61,995 bases of DNA. Origin: an uncultured Desulfobulbaceae bacterium (GTDB lineage: Bacteria > Desulfobacterota > Desulfobulbia > Desulfobulbales > Desulfocapsaceae). The stretch lies in the NCBI GenBank assembly GCA_937132035.1, contig CAKZOA010000022.1, forward strand, positions 1 through 61,995, given 5' to 3'. This document shows, one piece after another, positions 1 through 9,202 of this stretch. Below the pieces are notes generated by a model. The model ran no database searches. It had not been told where the DNA came from and saw only the letters and a program-made list of their open reading frames with translations. The position numbers and the translations under genes are program-made. Each line of letters opens with the position of its first letter. Positions within the stretch are counted from its first letter, which is position 1.

Positions 1-52
1 CCGCCATAAGCAGCACCGCCATACCTGCAAGAATCACTTTTGTCATAGTCAT
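1..52 (-). CDS. 5' fragment of a secreted protein that runs off the window edge; possibly a tungstate/molybdate ABC substrate-binding protein
   Basis: ATG at 52 overlaps the TGA of the upstream regulator (ATGA). AGGAG RBS. Translation MTMTKVILAGMAVLLMA resembles a signal peptide. Product guessed from context only. Confidence 0.55.
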   Translation of the reverse strand, partial: MTMTKVILAGMAVLLMA

Positions 53-981
53 AGTTCACTCCTGTTAAAATTATCGTCAAAGATCATCTTTCCACTCAAA
101 GATGTGTCGTAGCCGACAAAAGAGCCGGCCATTTGCCCGAATTCTTTCTCCTGAAGGATACTGAGAAAGTTCTGTATGCCTCTTTCAAAAAAGCGCTCCC
201 GACTGACGAGCAGATCGAACCTTTCCCACCTCAGCGGCACGAAATCAAGTTCGAGCATGCCGGCTACGGCACGGATGGCAGGAGCAGCATCGGCCCGACC
301 GGCCACTATTTCCAGGCCGGCATCAATATGACGTGCGGCCTCTTTGTCGTAGCCCTTGATCTGGCCGGTGCCGATATCGGATTTGGCGATCTCGTAGTCA
401 AGCAGTAGACGCGTACCGGTTCCCAGAGGCCGGTTGACAATGGTAACATCGCCCCGGGCAAAGTCGGCAACCGAGGTAATAGCCTTGGGATTGCCAGGGG
501 CAACCAGGAATCCCTGCTGACGTCTGCTGAAGTTGATGAACACCGGGCTCTTATCCAATTCGCGGCTGGCGAAATCGAAATTATACTCTTCCCGGTCATC
601 CTGAAGGAGGTGACAAACACCAATATGGCACAGGCCCCGGCGCAGGCACTTGATGCCCCCCATACTGCCGACATTAGCGAAAAAGGCCGTGACATCGCTG
701 TATTTATGATTGAAATAGGAAAGGACCTTCTGGAAAAATGGATCGTCGCTGCCGGCCAGTAGCAGTCGGCCGGAATCCGAGGACAAGGCCGCCGCCTGAG
801 CCGGAGCGTTGATCATGTTGACTTCCAGCCACTCTTCCACCAGCCTCTTGGGAAACATCCACTTTCCGGTAATTTTCGTCGCCGGTAGTCCCTTCTCATG
901 GATCAGGGTGTACACCATCTTCTCATTTACTTTGAGCAATTCGGCAACTTCTCTGGTGGTGATGAATTTAGGTTCTGTCAT
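49..981 (-). CDS. Excisionase-type HTH + molybdate/tungstate-binding PBP domain transcriptional regulator (TaoR-like)
   Basis: N-terminal TTREVAELLKVNEKMVY...LPATKITGKW (HTH_17). PBP_like motifs AGSDD, GSMGG, NRPLGTGTR, ERFDL. Confidence 0.85.
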   Translation of the reverse strand: MTEPKFITTREVAELLKVNEKMVYTLIHEKGLPATKITGKWMFPKRLVEEWLEVNMINAPAQAAALSSDSGRLLLAGSDDPFFQKVLSYFNHKYSDVTAFFANVGSMGGIKCLRRGLCHIGVCHLLQDDREEYNFDFASRELDKSPVFINFSRRQQGFLVAPGNPKAITSVADFARGDVTIVNRPLGTGTRLLLDYEIAKSDIGTGQIKGYDKEAARHIDAGLEIVAGRADAAPAIRAVAGMLELDFVPLRWERFDLLVSRERFFERGIQNFLSILQEKEFGQMAGSFVGYDTSLSGKMIFDDNFNRSEL

Positions 982-1017
982 GCTTCAGGCTCCTAGCTGG
1001 CTTCAATTTCGCGAACA

Positions 1018-1045
1018 AGTGTACAGTCGATCCCTTTTGTGTCAA
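1018..1045 (-). promoter_or_regulatory. sigma70-type promoter of the TaoR-like gene
   Basis: Minus strand TTGACA-16 nt-TACACT, 36 nt upstream of the ATG. Confidence 0.55.
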
Positions 1046-1497
1046 CAAACATACCAAAAATCCGCAAAAGCAACCAAAAATAACCGTAAACACCACCTCG
1101 GTTTTCTCTCAGAGCGTTCTTCAATTTCTCAGCATCAAATCGTTGGGGTACAGGGCCGGCAACAGACAGCGCAACCTGCAACATTTTTCAGGTGTGCAGT
1201 TGCGCTTTGATGATTTACCTTTTACTATCCTGACAGCATAGTGGTTACAATGGTACCGCTACGTCCCACGCAGTGGGTGAAAACATTGCTGTCAGAGAGA
1301 AGACAGCTTGCCGTGCAAGTGGTTGCTGCCCAGAACATTCACCTTTTGTGCTTGCCTTTGACGTTCGGTAAAGGGATCCCGGGGAAGGCTGCAACTCTTG
1401 CAGGACGGCTTGAGGAGATCCTTGGAAATGTACCGGTGCCTTCCGGGCTCCAGGCATTTATATATGAGCTTAACCGTCCGCCGCCGACGGAGAGACG

Positions 1498-1941
1498 ATG
1501 GAACTTAGCGCAAGTCTGGAAGACTACATAGAGACCATTTATCATATAGTCGAGGAAAAGCAGGTAGCCCGGGCCAAGAACATAGCCGATCAACTGGGGG
1601 TCAGCCGTGCCTCGGTAACCGAAGCCTTACGTACCCTCTCCGGCAAGGGACTGATCAACTATGCCCCCTACGAGGTCATCACCATGACCGCTCTTGGTCG
1701 CGAAGTCGCAGAGGATGTCATCTTCCGGCACACCACCCTGAAAAACTTTTTCACGAAAATACTCACCATCGATAGCGACATAGCAGAAGACGGGGCCTGC
1801 AAGGTGGAGCATTCGGCCCCCCCCCAGGTAATCGACAGAATGATTGATTTTATGAAGTTCGTTGAATCCTGCCCCCAGGTCGAGGAAGGGTTTATTCAAA
1901 AGTTCAGGGAATTCGTCAAGAATAAGAAGAAGCGTCGATAA
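1498..1941 (+). CDS. DtxR/MntR family metal-dependent transcriptional regulator
   Basis: SLEDYIETIY, IADQLGVSRASVTEAL, ACKVEH motifs. Confidence 0.9.
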   Translation: MELSASLEDYIETIYHIVEEKQVARAKNIADQLGVSRASVTEALRTLSGKGLINYAPYEVITMTALGREVAEDVIFRHTTLKNFFTKILTIDSDIAEDGACKVEHSAPPQVIDRMIDFMKFVESCPQVEEGFIQKFREFVKNKKKRR

Positions 1942-2515
1942 CCGTCTGCACAGGGTGAAAAAACCGGAGATCCTCTGCGCTCATAGCAGCCGCCCGCTTG
2001 ATCACCGCCTCGGAATAATAGCCGAAACGGACAAGCAGGAGCAGCACAGCAGCGCTCTGCTCGTGGGTAAGTGCGCCGTTCTGTTCGAGAATACGCGGCA
2101 TCAGCAGACTGTTGACAAAGGGAATCGCATGGGCCTTGCAGTAGTGTGCCGCCTTTTTATCATCCACCAGAAGAAAATCAGCCAGCCCCTTTTTCCACAA
2201 AAGTATGGCGCCGCTCTCACCTCTCCCCAGTCCGGCAATGTTATCAGCAGCGTCTGCCCTGCAGGCGGCATGCCTTACAAGATCAGTGAGTTCCGCGGCA
2301 CCCTGTTTGCCGGGAACACCCAGCTCTTTATAGACAGCGGCGGCAATAACCGGCACATAGCTCTGCAGAAAACAGTGCAGCAGTCCCACCTTCTGCAGAA
2401 GAATGAGCGATGAGGTATCCGCCGCCACCCTCGTTGATACTCCTCTGTTCATTTTCTGAAAACCCTCCGGGAAGCTCAGTTTTTCATCAGGCTGCTGCCC
2501 CTTGGCAACCTCCAC
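1916..2515 (-). CDS. PIN-domain protein (DUF3368-like); true start may be downstream of 2515
   Basis: ADTSSLI, VYKEL, LGRGESGAI, LVDDKKA match the PIN acidic-residue pattern. Confidence 0.65.
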   Translation of the reverse strand: MEVAKGQQPDEKLSFPEGFQKMNRGVSTRVAADTSSLILLQKVGLLHCFLQSYVPVIAAAVYKELGVPGKQGAAELTDLVRHAACRADAADNIAGLGRGESGAILLWKKGLADFLLVDDKKAAHYCKAHAIPFVNSLLMPRILEQNGALTHEQSAAVLLLLVRFGYYSEAVIKRAAAMSAEDLRFFHPVQTVIDASSYS

Positions 2516-2556
2516 GCGAGAAGCCCTGGAATCAGGCAGTTACACCACTGTTGGGT

Positions 2557-4977
2557 TCATGACGGCGGCAATAAATCATCATCCTCAGCGGCGACTTTCA
2601 TGCTCCTGAGAGAGAGCCTGTTCTGCACGTATTTTCCCAAAACCCGCACCGCCTGATCGGCCGACCTGAACACTGGCAATCCCTGGTCCTCGAGAGCGTC
2701 GGCAAGATGGTCGTAGAGAGATCCGCTGTCGACCACCAGCACCAGGGGCTTTTCGCCCTGCGAATTGAGATGGGCGATGCGATCGACAATCCCCCGACCG
2801 TCGGCCACCGCCTCCATGGCGATCTCTTCCTCGGGCAGGGTGTGCAGAATCGGTGTCAACGGGACGATGGCTATGATTAGGTGGTCGACATTATCATCCT
2901 CCAGCAATACCCTGACGATCTCCGCATACACCTCTTCCGTCGCCATGGGAGTCACATCAAGGGGATTGGCGATCTTCACCAGAAAATCAAGGCCTGCGTC
3001 CTTGATGATACCCTCCAGGGTGATCCTGGAATTCCCATGGTAGACGGCCATTTTCAGCGAATAGTCTTCGCCGAGCAGATTGTCGGCGATGCCCACGGCT
3101 TCATAGCCGGCATTGCTCACTGCCGCCAGACGGTTTCCGGAGATTTCCCTGTCATGGAGGGTGCGCGAGAGGCGGAGCAGTCCTTCAAAATCGGAAAAAT
3201 TTTCGGCAATGAAGGCACCCGCCTGCGAGACGCAGGATTCACAGACCATATAATCACCGGCAATCGAGGCCGTATGCCCCGACATTGCGGTCTTGCCCTC
3301 CGTGGTGCGGCCGGCCTTGTAGAAGACGATCTCCTTGCCGGCCGGTATGGCCCGGCGCACCGCCTGGGAAAAATGCAGGCCATCGAGATCGGCAAAGCCT
3401 TCGATATAGAAGGCAATAGTATCCAAGCCATCTATATCTTTCATAAATTCAAGAAAATCCCCGGCACTGATATCAAGCTGGTTGCCTATGGAGAGGGCAT
3501 AGGCCGGATCGAGAAAAGAGAGCTTGCTCATCCTCGTTATCATATAGGCGCCGCTTTGACTGACCAGGGCACTCCTGCGCTGATGCCGGCCGTGATTCTT
3601 GGGCAGCTTCGACTCCGGGATGAACAGCGAGTCATAGCCCCCGGGGTGCGAAAGCACCCCGAGACTGTTGCCGCCAAGCAAAACAGGGCAGCTGCGGCCG
3701 GCCCCGCGGTAGCTCTCCAGCCTGGCGAGTACCTGCTCGAGACGTTCTTGTCCCTTCTGGCCCTGGCCCATGTCACCGGCAACGACGATCACTGCATCGG
3801 CCAGGTCGCCCTCCATGACCTCCTCGATCATGGCCGGAACGGCTTCGCCGCCCACCGCCAGAATAAGCAGATCGACTCGCTGCGGCATCTTTTTCAGGCT
3901 GGCAACGGTCTGGATACCGTCCAGCATTTTCGCAGAAGGGTGAATGAGCAGAACATTCTCACGGCTAAAGCCCATCGAGACAATGTTTTGCAGGATTATT
4001 CTGCCGATGTTCATTCCCCTGGACGATACCCCCGCAAGGGCGATGGAGCTGGGATGCAGCAACTGCTCGATTTTGGCCACCGGACGAAGAGGCGGCGTCT
4101 TCTGCGGTGTAGAAAAACGGCACAGTCCGTCCAGAGGCAGCATCAGGTAGCTGGAAAAGGCAAAGGGATTGATTTCCAGTTCATCGATGACATAGGGGGA
4201 TCGGACGTTGACAGGGGAGAAATATCTTCCCAGGGCGACGAAGGCTGAGAAGCATTCGATGAGCTGCTCGTCGGTGACGATGCGTTTCTGCCCGCGGGTC
4301 AATCCCGCCATCTTCTTATACGATATGGTTTTTTTGAAAAGAGTGAAAAATTGCTCGCCGCTGACCATCTCCACCGATGCCGCCACCACTGCCTGACCTT
4401 TCCGAAATCGCTGGGCGTAGAGCTCGGTATCGGTACCCCCCAGTCCGGCACTGATAATCATGCCGAACTCTCTGGTCCGGCGGAGACTTACCAGCAGCTC
4501 GTTGCCAAATTCCTGTGAATCGGGATGCATATACTGACAGAGGATGACGCCTTCGATGGACTCGCGGACACGATTTTCCAGCTCCTGCGGCGAACAGCCG
4601 GCAAGCGGGCCGGGCACGTCGAACTTGCCGTCACCGGCTGCCCGTCGATAGGCAGTGGCAATGTCGTAATCCATACTGCGAACCGCGGAGAGAACCTCCC
4701 CGACGGTCTTGGCGACGACACGGACGCCGCCGACATCGCTCTTATGGAGGATATAGGCAGAGATGACCTTGACCACCACCTTCTCCCCCGGCAGCGTGTC
4801 GAGATCTTCTCTTTTCAGGCGCCGGTTTTTCCGCAGAACGAAATAAGCCGGGGGTGTCTCCGAACCGGAATGGCGGATCAGATCATAGACCTCGTACTCA
4901 AAGAGATACTTCCTGCCCGCCTCTTCCGCCCTGGTCAACAGCTGCTGAATTGCAGCAAAATCGATATGGGTTTTCAT
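2557..4977 (-). CDS. ADP-forming acetate/acyl-CoA ligase, fused, with ATP-grasp domain at the N-terminus
   Basis: HKSDVGGV and ELEINP (ATP-grasp). LLHPSSIALAGVS (CoA binding). SQSG, GNQLD, phospho-His SGHTASIAG, NPLDVT. Confidence 0.85.
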   Translation of the reverse strand: MKTHIDFAAIQQLLTRAEEAGRKYLFEYEVYDLIRHSGSETPPAYFVLRKNRRLKREDLDTLPGEKVVVKVISAYILHKSDVGGVRVVAKTVGEVLSAVRSMDYDIATAYRRAAGDGKFDVPGPLAGCSPQELENRVRESIEGVILCQYMHPDSQEFGNELLVSLRRTREFGMIISAGLGGTDTELYAQRFRKGQAVVAASVEMVSGEQFFTLFKKTISYKKMAGLTRGQKRIVTDEQLIECFSAFVALGRYFSPVNVRSPYVIDELEINPFAFSSYLMLPLDGLCRFSTPQKTPPLRPVAKIEQLLHPSSIALAGVSSRGMNIGRIILQNIVSMGFSRENVLLIHPSAKMLDGIQTVASLKKMPQRVDLLILAVGGEAVPAMIEEVMEGDLADAVIVVAGDMGQGQKGQERLEQVLARLESYRGAGRSCPVLLGGNSLGVLSHPGGYDSLFIPESKLPKNHGRHQRRSALVSQSGAYMITRMSKLSFLDPAYALSIGNQLDISAGDFLEFMKDIDGLDTIAFYIEGFADLDGLHFSQAVRRAIPAGKEIVFYKAGRTTEGKTAMSGHTASIAGDYMVCESCVSQAGAFIAENFSDFEGLLRLSRTLHDREISGNRLAAVSNAGYEAVGIADNLLGEDYSLKMAVYHGNSRITLEGIIKDAGLDFLVKIANPLDVTPMATEEVYAEIVRVLLEDDNVDHLIIAIVPLTPILHTLPEEEIAMEAVADGRGIVDRIAHLNSQGEKPLVLVVDSGSLYDHLADALEDQGLPVFRSADQAVRVLGKYVQNRLSLRSMKVAAEDDDLLPPS

Positions 4978-4989
4978 GGAGTATTTCTT

Positions 4990-5871
4990 CTACCGGTACA
5001 AGGTATACAGCGCCTGGGTCCCTCTGTCTTCACCGCCTTCTTCGCCGGCCAGCTCCTCGTAGAGAGATCTGGCCAGTGCCAGGCCGCGGGCCTCGAGACC
5101 GAGCTTTTCGGCCGACTCCAGGGCGATGTTCATATCTTTTATGAAGTGCTTGACAAAAAAACCCGGCTCGAAGTCGCCATTGATCATCCGCGGAGCCAGG
5201 TTGGAAAGCGACCAGCTGCCGGCCGCTCCAGACTCGATGCTGCGCAGCACCGTCTGCGGATCAAGACCGGCCTCTTCGGCATAGCGAATGGATTCGCAAA
5301 CCCCCATCATGGTGGAGGCAATGGCTATCTGGTTGGCCATTTTGCAGTGCTGGCCGCTGCCGGCCTTACCCTGATAAACGATATTCTTGCCCATGACCTG
5401 AAAGACGGGCAGCATACGCTCAAAGGCCTCCGCTTCGCCACCGACCATGATCGACAGTTTCGCCTCGCGGGCGCCGATGTCACCCCCGGATACCGGCGCA
5501 TCGAGAGCCGTGCAACCCTTGGACTTCGCCTTGTCATTTATGCGCTCGGCAAGCTCAGGGCTGCTGGTGGTCATATCGACCAGCAGGCTGCCGCTGCGGC
5601 AGCTGGCCAGGATACCCTCCGCACCGAAGTACACCTCTTCGACATCCCGGGGATAGCCGACCATGGTAATGACAATGTCGGCCCGGGACGCCGCCTCCCC
5701 AGGGGCTTCACACCAGACAGCACCTCCGGCCAACAGGTCTTCGGCCTTGGCTTTGGTCCGGTTGAAGACGGAAAGACCATACCCGTCTTCCAACAAATGC
5801 GAGGCCATGCTCCTGCCCATAACGCCGATGCCGATAAAACCTATTTCGGGCTTTTTGTGCTGTGCTGTCAT
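4990..5871 (-). CDS. NAD(P)-dependent 3-hydroxyisobutyrate dehydrogenase family oxidoreductase
   Basis: IGFIGIGVMG, DAPVSGGDIGA, KMANQ, FIKDM. Confidence 0.9.
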   Translation of the reverse strand: MTAQHKKPEIGFIGIGVMGRSMASHLLEDGYGLSVFNRTKAKAEDLLAGGAVWCEAPGEAASRADIVITMVGYPRDVEEVYFGAEGILASCRSGSLLVDMTTSSPELAERINDKAKSKGCTALDAPVSGGDIGAREAKLSIMVGGEAEAFERMLPVFQVMGKNIVYQGKAGSGQHCKMANQIAIASTMMGVCESIRYAEEAGLDPQTVLRSIESGAAGSWSLSNLAPRMINGDFEPGFFVKHFIKDMNIALESAEKLGLEARGLALARSLYEELAGEEGGEDRGTQALYTLYR

Positions 5872-6258
5872 CGTGTTCCTCCTTCCCTCGGTTTATATTC
5901 GCGGAGCTCTTCTCCTAAGACATAGATTTTTTCGAGAAATATTCCCATACTCCGGCCCATCTGCAATATCACACAATAATTCCACACCATCAGTACATAC
6001 TCTATATAAGCGCATCAGTGTATCTTCCCTGAGATATGAAGCGGTGGTGCAGAATATACAGCCCCCTTTCAAAACAGCCGTTTTTCCACATGGAACTCTC
6101 CACGTAACATTTCTCTTGAAAAGACGCCGCTGCAGGGAGCGTGTGGTGTCTCTGCTGCGCTGCTGCCATTCTACCTGAGAGAAACCGAGAATTCGAGCAC
6201 TCTATGCACCGAAGCCGTCAACACCCCCGCCTGGATGCACCCGACGCCTCCGTTGTTG

Positions 6259-6285
6259 GCACAATACCACCTTGTGGTATTGTGC
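6259..6285. promoter_or_regulatory. Perfect 12-3-12 inverted repeat upstream of the hdr-mvh operon
   Basis: GCACAATACCAC-CTT-GTGGTATTGTGC. Confidence 0.5.
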
Positions 6286-6651
6286 GAATTGTGCTTTTAT
6301 GAGAAATCATTTTATGCGAATTTATTTTCACATTGCAAGAGCAACGATCCAAACATATACCAAGAAACCCAACACGGCCTTGTCAATCACCACAAAATAG
6401 CATATTTTTAAATTTATAATCGGTATGTTAACAATCATTAGAGGAACTTATATAGAGCAGCAGGATTGCTTATGCAGGACTTGTTTTTAATGTTTCCCTA
6501 TTTTATCGATAGCTTTTTCCTATTTGACAAAGCTCGCAATTTATTTGTAGATGCCCACTACGAACAGTTTGAACATCTGCACAAATCGCCTCAGTGTGAT
6601 TTTTATTTTCAAAGGGAAAATGGTTTTTCCCGAACGTGAACGGAGGAAAAC

Positions 6652-8664
6652 ATGGCAAAAGTTGGAGTGTATGTCTGTCATTGCGGCTCGAATATCGGTG
6701 GTGTAGTCGATGTCGAATCTGTCCGCGAGCATGCGGAAACTCTGCCCGATGTGACCGTATCCAGGCAAAACCTGTTTATGTGCTCAGACCCGGGTCAGGA
6801 GATCATTCGCCAGGACATCAAAGACGGTCTGGTCGACAAGGTAGTGGTTGCAGCATGCACGCCGCGAACCCATGAACCGATATTCCGCAAGGTTCTCGAA
6901 GGGGAAGGCCTCAATAAATTCTTTTTCGAGATGGCAAACATCAGAGACCAGGACAGCTGGGTTCACGCTGATGATCACAATGGGGCAACCGCCAAGGCCA
7001 AGAAGATAGTCGACAGCGCCGTAGCCAAGGCCAGGCATCTCATGCCTCTGGAGGAAAAATACGTCGATGTCACCCAGGCGGCCCTGGTCATCGGCGGCGG
7101 TGTCGCCGGTATCTTCTCCGCCCTCGAGCTCGCCAATATGGGCCACAAGGTGTATCTGGTGGAAAAGGAACCATCCATCGGCGGCGTCATGGCCCAACTC
7201 GACAAAACCTTCCCGACCAACGATTGCTCCGCCTGTATTCTCACCCCGGTCATGGTGGATGCCGGCACACATCCCAACATCGAGCTTCTGACCTATTCCG
7301 AGGTTGATTCCGTTGACGGCTATATCGGCAATTTCGACGTCAAAATCAGAAAAAAGCAAAGTTATATCGACTGGCATAAATGCACCGGCTGCGGCGACTG
7401 TGCCGAGGCCTGTCCGGTCAGGACCCCCAATGAATACAACGCTTCTCTCGACAACAGAAGCGCCGCCTATATTCACTTTCCCCAGGCTGTGCCGAAAAAG
7501 GCGGTTATCGACATGGACGCCTGCATCAACTGTGGCGGCAGAAAAATAGGCAGTGAAACCCGCATCAGTAAAAAAACCGGCAAACCAATTTTAGCTCCCT
7601 GCGAAAGAGCCTGTCCGGCCGATGCCATCGACCGCAGCATCCCTGTTGATGCCGAAGGTGACATTCTCGACGTCAAGGTCGGTACCATCGTCGTCGCCAC
7701 CGGCTACAAGGTCATGGAGAAAGACACCTTCAAAAGCCTCGCCCCCGATTCCCCCAATGTCCTCACAGCCCTCCAGCTTGAGAGATTGATTTCAGCCACC
7801 GGTCCCACCGGCGGCAAATTCCTCAGGCCGAGCGACAACGAGAAGCCCAAGACCATATCCTTTCTCTCCTGCGTCGGCTCCCGCGACCAGAAGCACCACA
7901 CCTACTGCTCGCGCGTCTGCTGCATGTACATGATCAAGCAGGCCAAGCTGCTCAAGGAGAAATACCCCGATCTCAACATATATATGCATTTCATGGATGT
8001 ACGAACCCCGGGCAAGGATTTCGACGAATATTATACAGGCGCCCTGGAAATGGGCATCAAGATCATTCGCGGCCGCGTCGGCGGCATCGATACGCTGCCC
8101 GATGACCGCCTCAAGGTCATGGCATACGATGCCGACCTGGCCCAGAACATTGAAATCGATGCCGACCTGGTGGTTCTGGCCACGGCCATCGAACTGCAGG
8201 ACGATATCAAGCCGCTGGCCCAGAAACTCAGTCTGACACTGGACGGCTCAGGATTTTTCAAGGAACTCCATCCCAAGCTCAAGCCGGTGGAAACGGCGGT
8301 GGAAGGTGTTTTCCTTGCCGGTTGCTGTCAGGGCCCCAAGGATATTCCCGACACTGTCGCCCAGGCCAAGGGCGCCGCAGCAGCAGCGGCGGTACCGCTG
8401 GCCCAGGGCAGGGTCAAGATCGATCCGGCAATCTCCGAAGTCAACCGGGAAAAATGCAGCGGCTGCGGTATCTGCGAGCCTCTCTGTCCCTACGGCGCTA
8501 TTACCATGGCCGAATTCGAAGGCGGGCACAAACGGGCGATCATCGAGATGACCCAGTGCAAGGGCTGCGGCGTCTGTACCACCGCCTGTCCTTCTGCTGC
8601 CATCGAACTCCACGGCTACTCGGAAGATCAGATCATGGCCCAGATTGCGGCATTAACATTATAG
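6652..8664 (+). CDS. hdrA: Heterodisulfide reductase subunit A
   Basis: VGVYVCHCGSNIG, ACTPRTHE, GGGVAG FAD motif, LDKTFPTNDCSACIL, YCSRVCCMY, GPKDIPD, C-terminal 2x[4Fe-4S]. Confidence 0.95.
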   Translation: MAKVGVYVCHCGSNIGGVVDVESVREHAETLPDVTVSRQNLFMCSDPGQEIIRQDIKDGLVDKVVVAACTPRTHEPIFRKVLEGEGLNKFFFEMANIRDQDSWVHADDHNGATAKAKKIVDSAVAKARHLMPLEEKYVDVTQAALVIGGGVAGIFSALELANMGHKVYLVEKEPSIGGVMAQLDKTFPTNDCSACILTPVMVDAGTHPNIELLTYSEVDSVDGYIGNFDVKIRKKQSYIDWHKCTGCGDCAEACPVRTPNEYNASLDNRSAAYIHFPQAVPKKAVIDMDACINCGGRKIGSETRISKKTGKPILAPCERACPADAIDRSIPVDAEGDILDVKVGTIVVATGYKVMEKDTFKSLAPDSPNVLTALQLERLISATGPTGGKFLRPSDNEKPKTISFLSCVGSRDQKHHTYCSRVCCMYMIKQAKLLKEKYPDLNIYMHFMDVRTPGKDFDEYYTGALEMGIKIIRGRVGGIDTLPDDRLKVMAYDADLAQNIEIDADLVVLATAIELQDDIKPLAQKLSLTLDGSGFFKELHPKLKPVETAVEGVFLAGCCQGPKDIPDTVAQAKGAAAAAAVPLAQGRVKIDPAISEVNREKCSGCGICEPLCPYGAITMAEFEGGHKRAIIEMTQCKGCGVCTTACPSAAIELHGYSEDQIMAQIAALTL

Positions 8665-8673
8665 GAGGGAACA

Positions 8674-9189
8674 ATGGCAGCATTGAATTTAAGCAAAATG
8701 AGCCAGGAGGAAGTCATCCAGGCTGTTATAGATCACGGTGGTGCGGGAATAACCAAATGTATCCAGTGCAATGCCTGCGCCTCCGTCTGCCCGGTGGCCA
8801 AGGCGGGTTTTTCCCTCTATGGGCGCCTGCTCTTCAGAAAGCTGCAGACCGGCCATTATGAAGAGATAATCGAAGATGCCTCCAGCTGGGCATGCCAGGC
8901 CTGCAACCGTTGCACGGAGATCTGTCCGCGCGATGCCAGACCGTTTGATATCGTCTTCGCTTTCCGCCGAATGCAGGCGGAAGAGCTGGCTATCTCCACC
9001 TCGGCGTTCACGCCGCTGATGAGTCTGCACGCCACAGGTCACGCAGTGACCTCGGAAGCGTCCAAAAAGCTGCGCCAGCAGGTCGGCCTCGACTCCCAGC
9101 CGGCAACATCCATCGAAGACGAACAGGCGCAGAAGGAAATTCAGACACTTCTCGAAAATGGCCCCATGGGCGAGCTCGGCATATTCTAG
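8674..9189 (+). CDS. hdrC: Heterodisulfide reductase subunit C
   Basis: CIQCNACASVCP and WACQACNRCTEICP. Lies between hdrA and hdrB. Confidence 0.9.
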   Translation: MAALNLSKMSQEEVIQAVIDHGGAGITKCIQCNACASVCPVAKAGFSLYGRLLFRKLQTGHYEEIIEDASSWACQACNRCTEICPRDARPFDIVFAFRRMQAEELAISTSAFTPLMSLHATGHAVTSEASKKLRQQVGLDSQPATSIEDEQAQKEIQTLLENGPMGELGIF

Positions 9190-9202
9190 CAAGGAGAGAA
9201 CA

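Noticed and set aside
1340-1450. Cobalamin riboswitch upstream of the DtxR gene
   Set aside because: Only a vague AAAGGGA similarity. The B12 box and the CCCGC-ACTGT core are absent.
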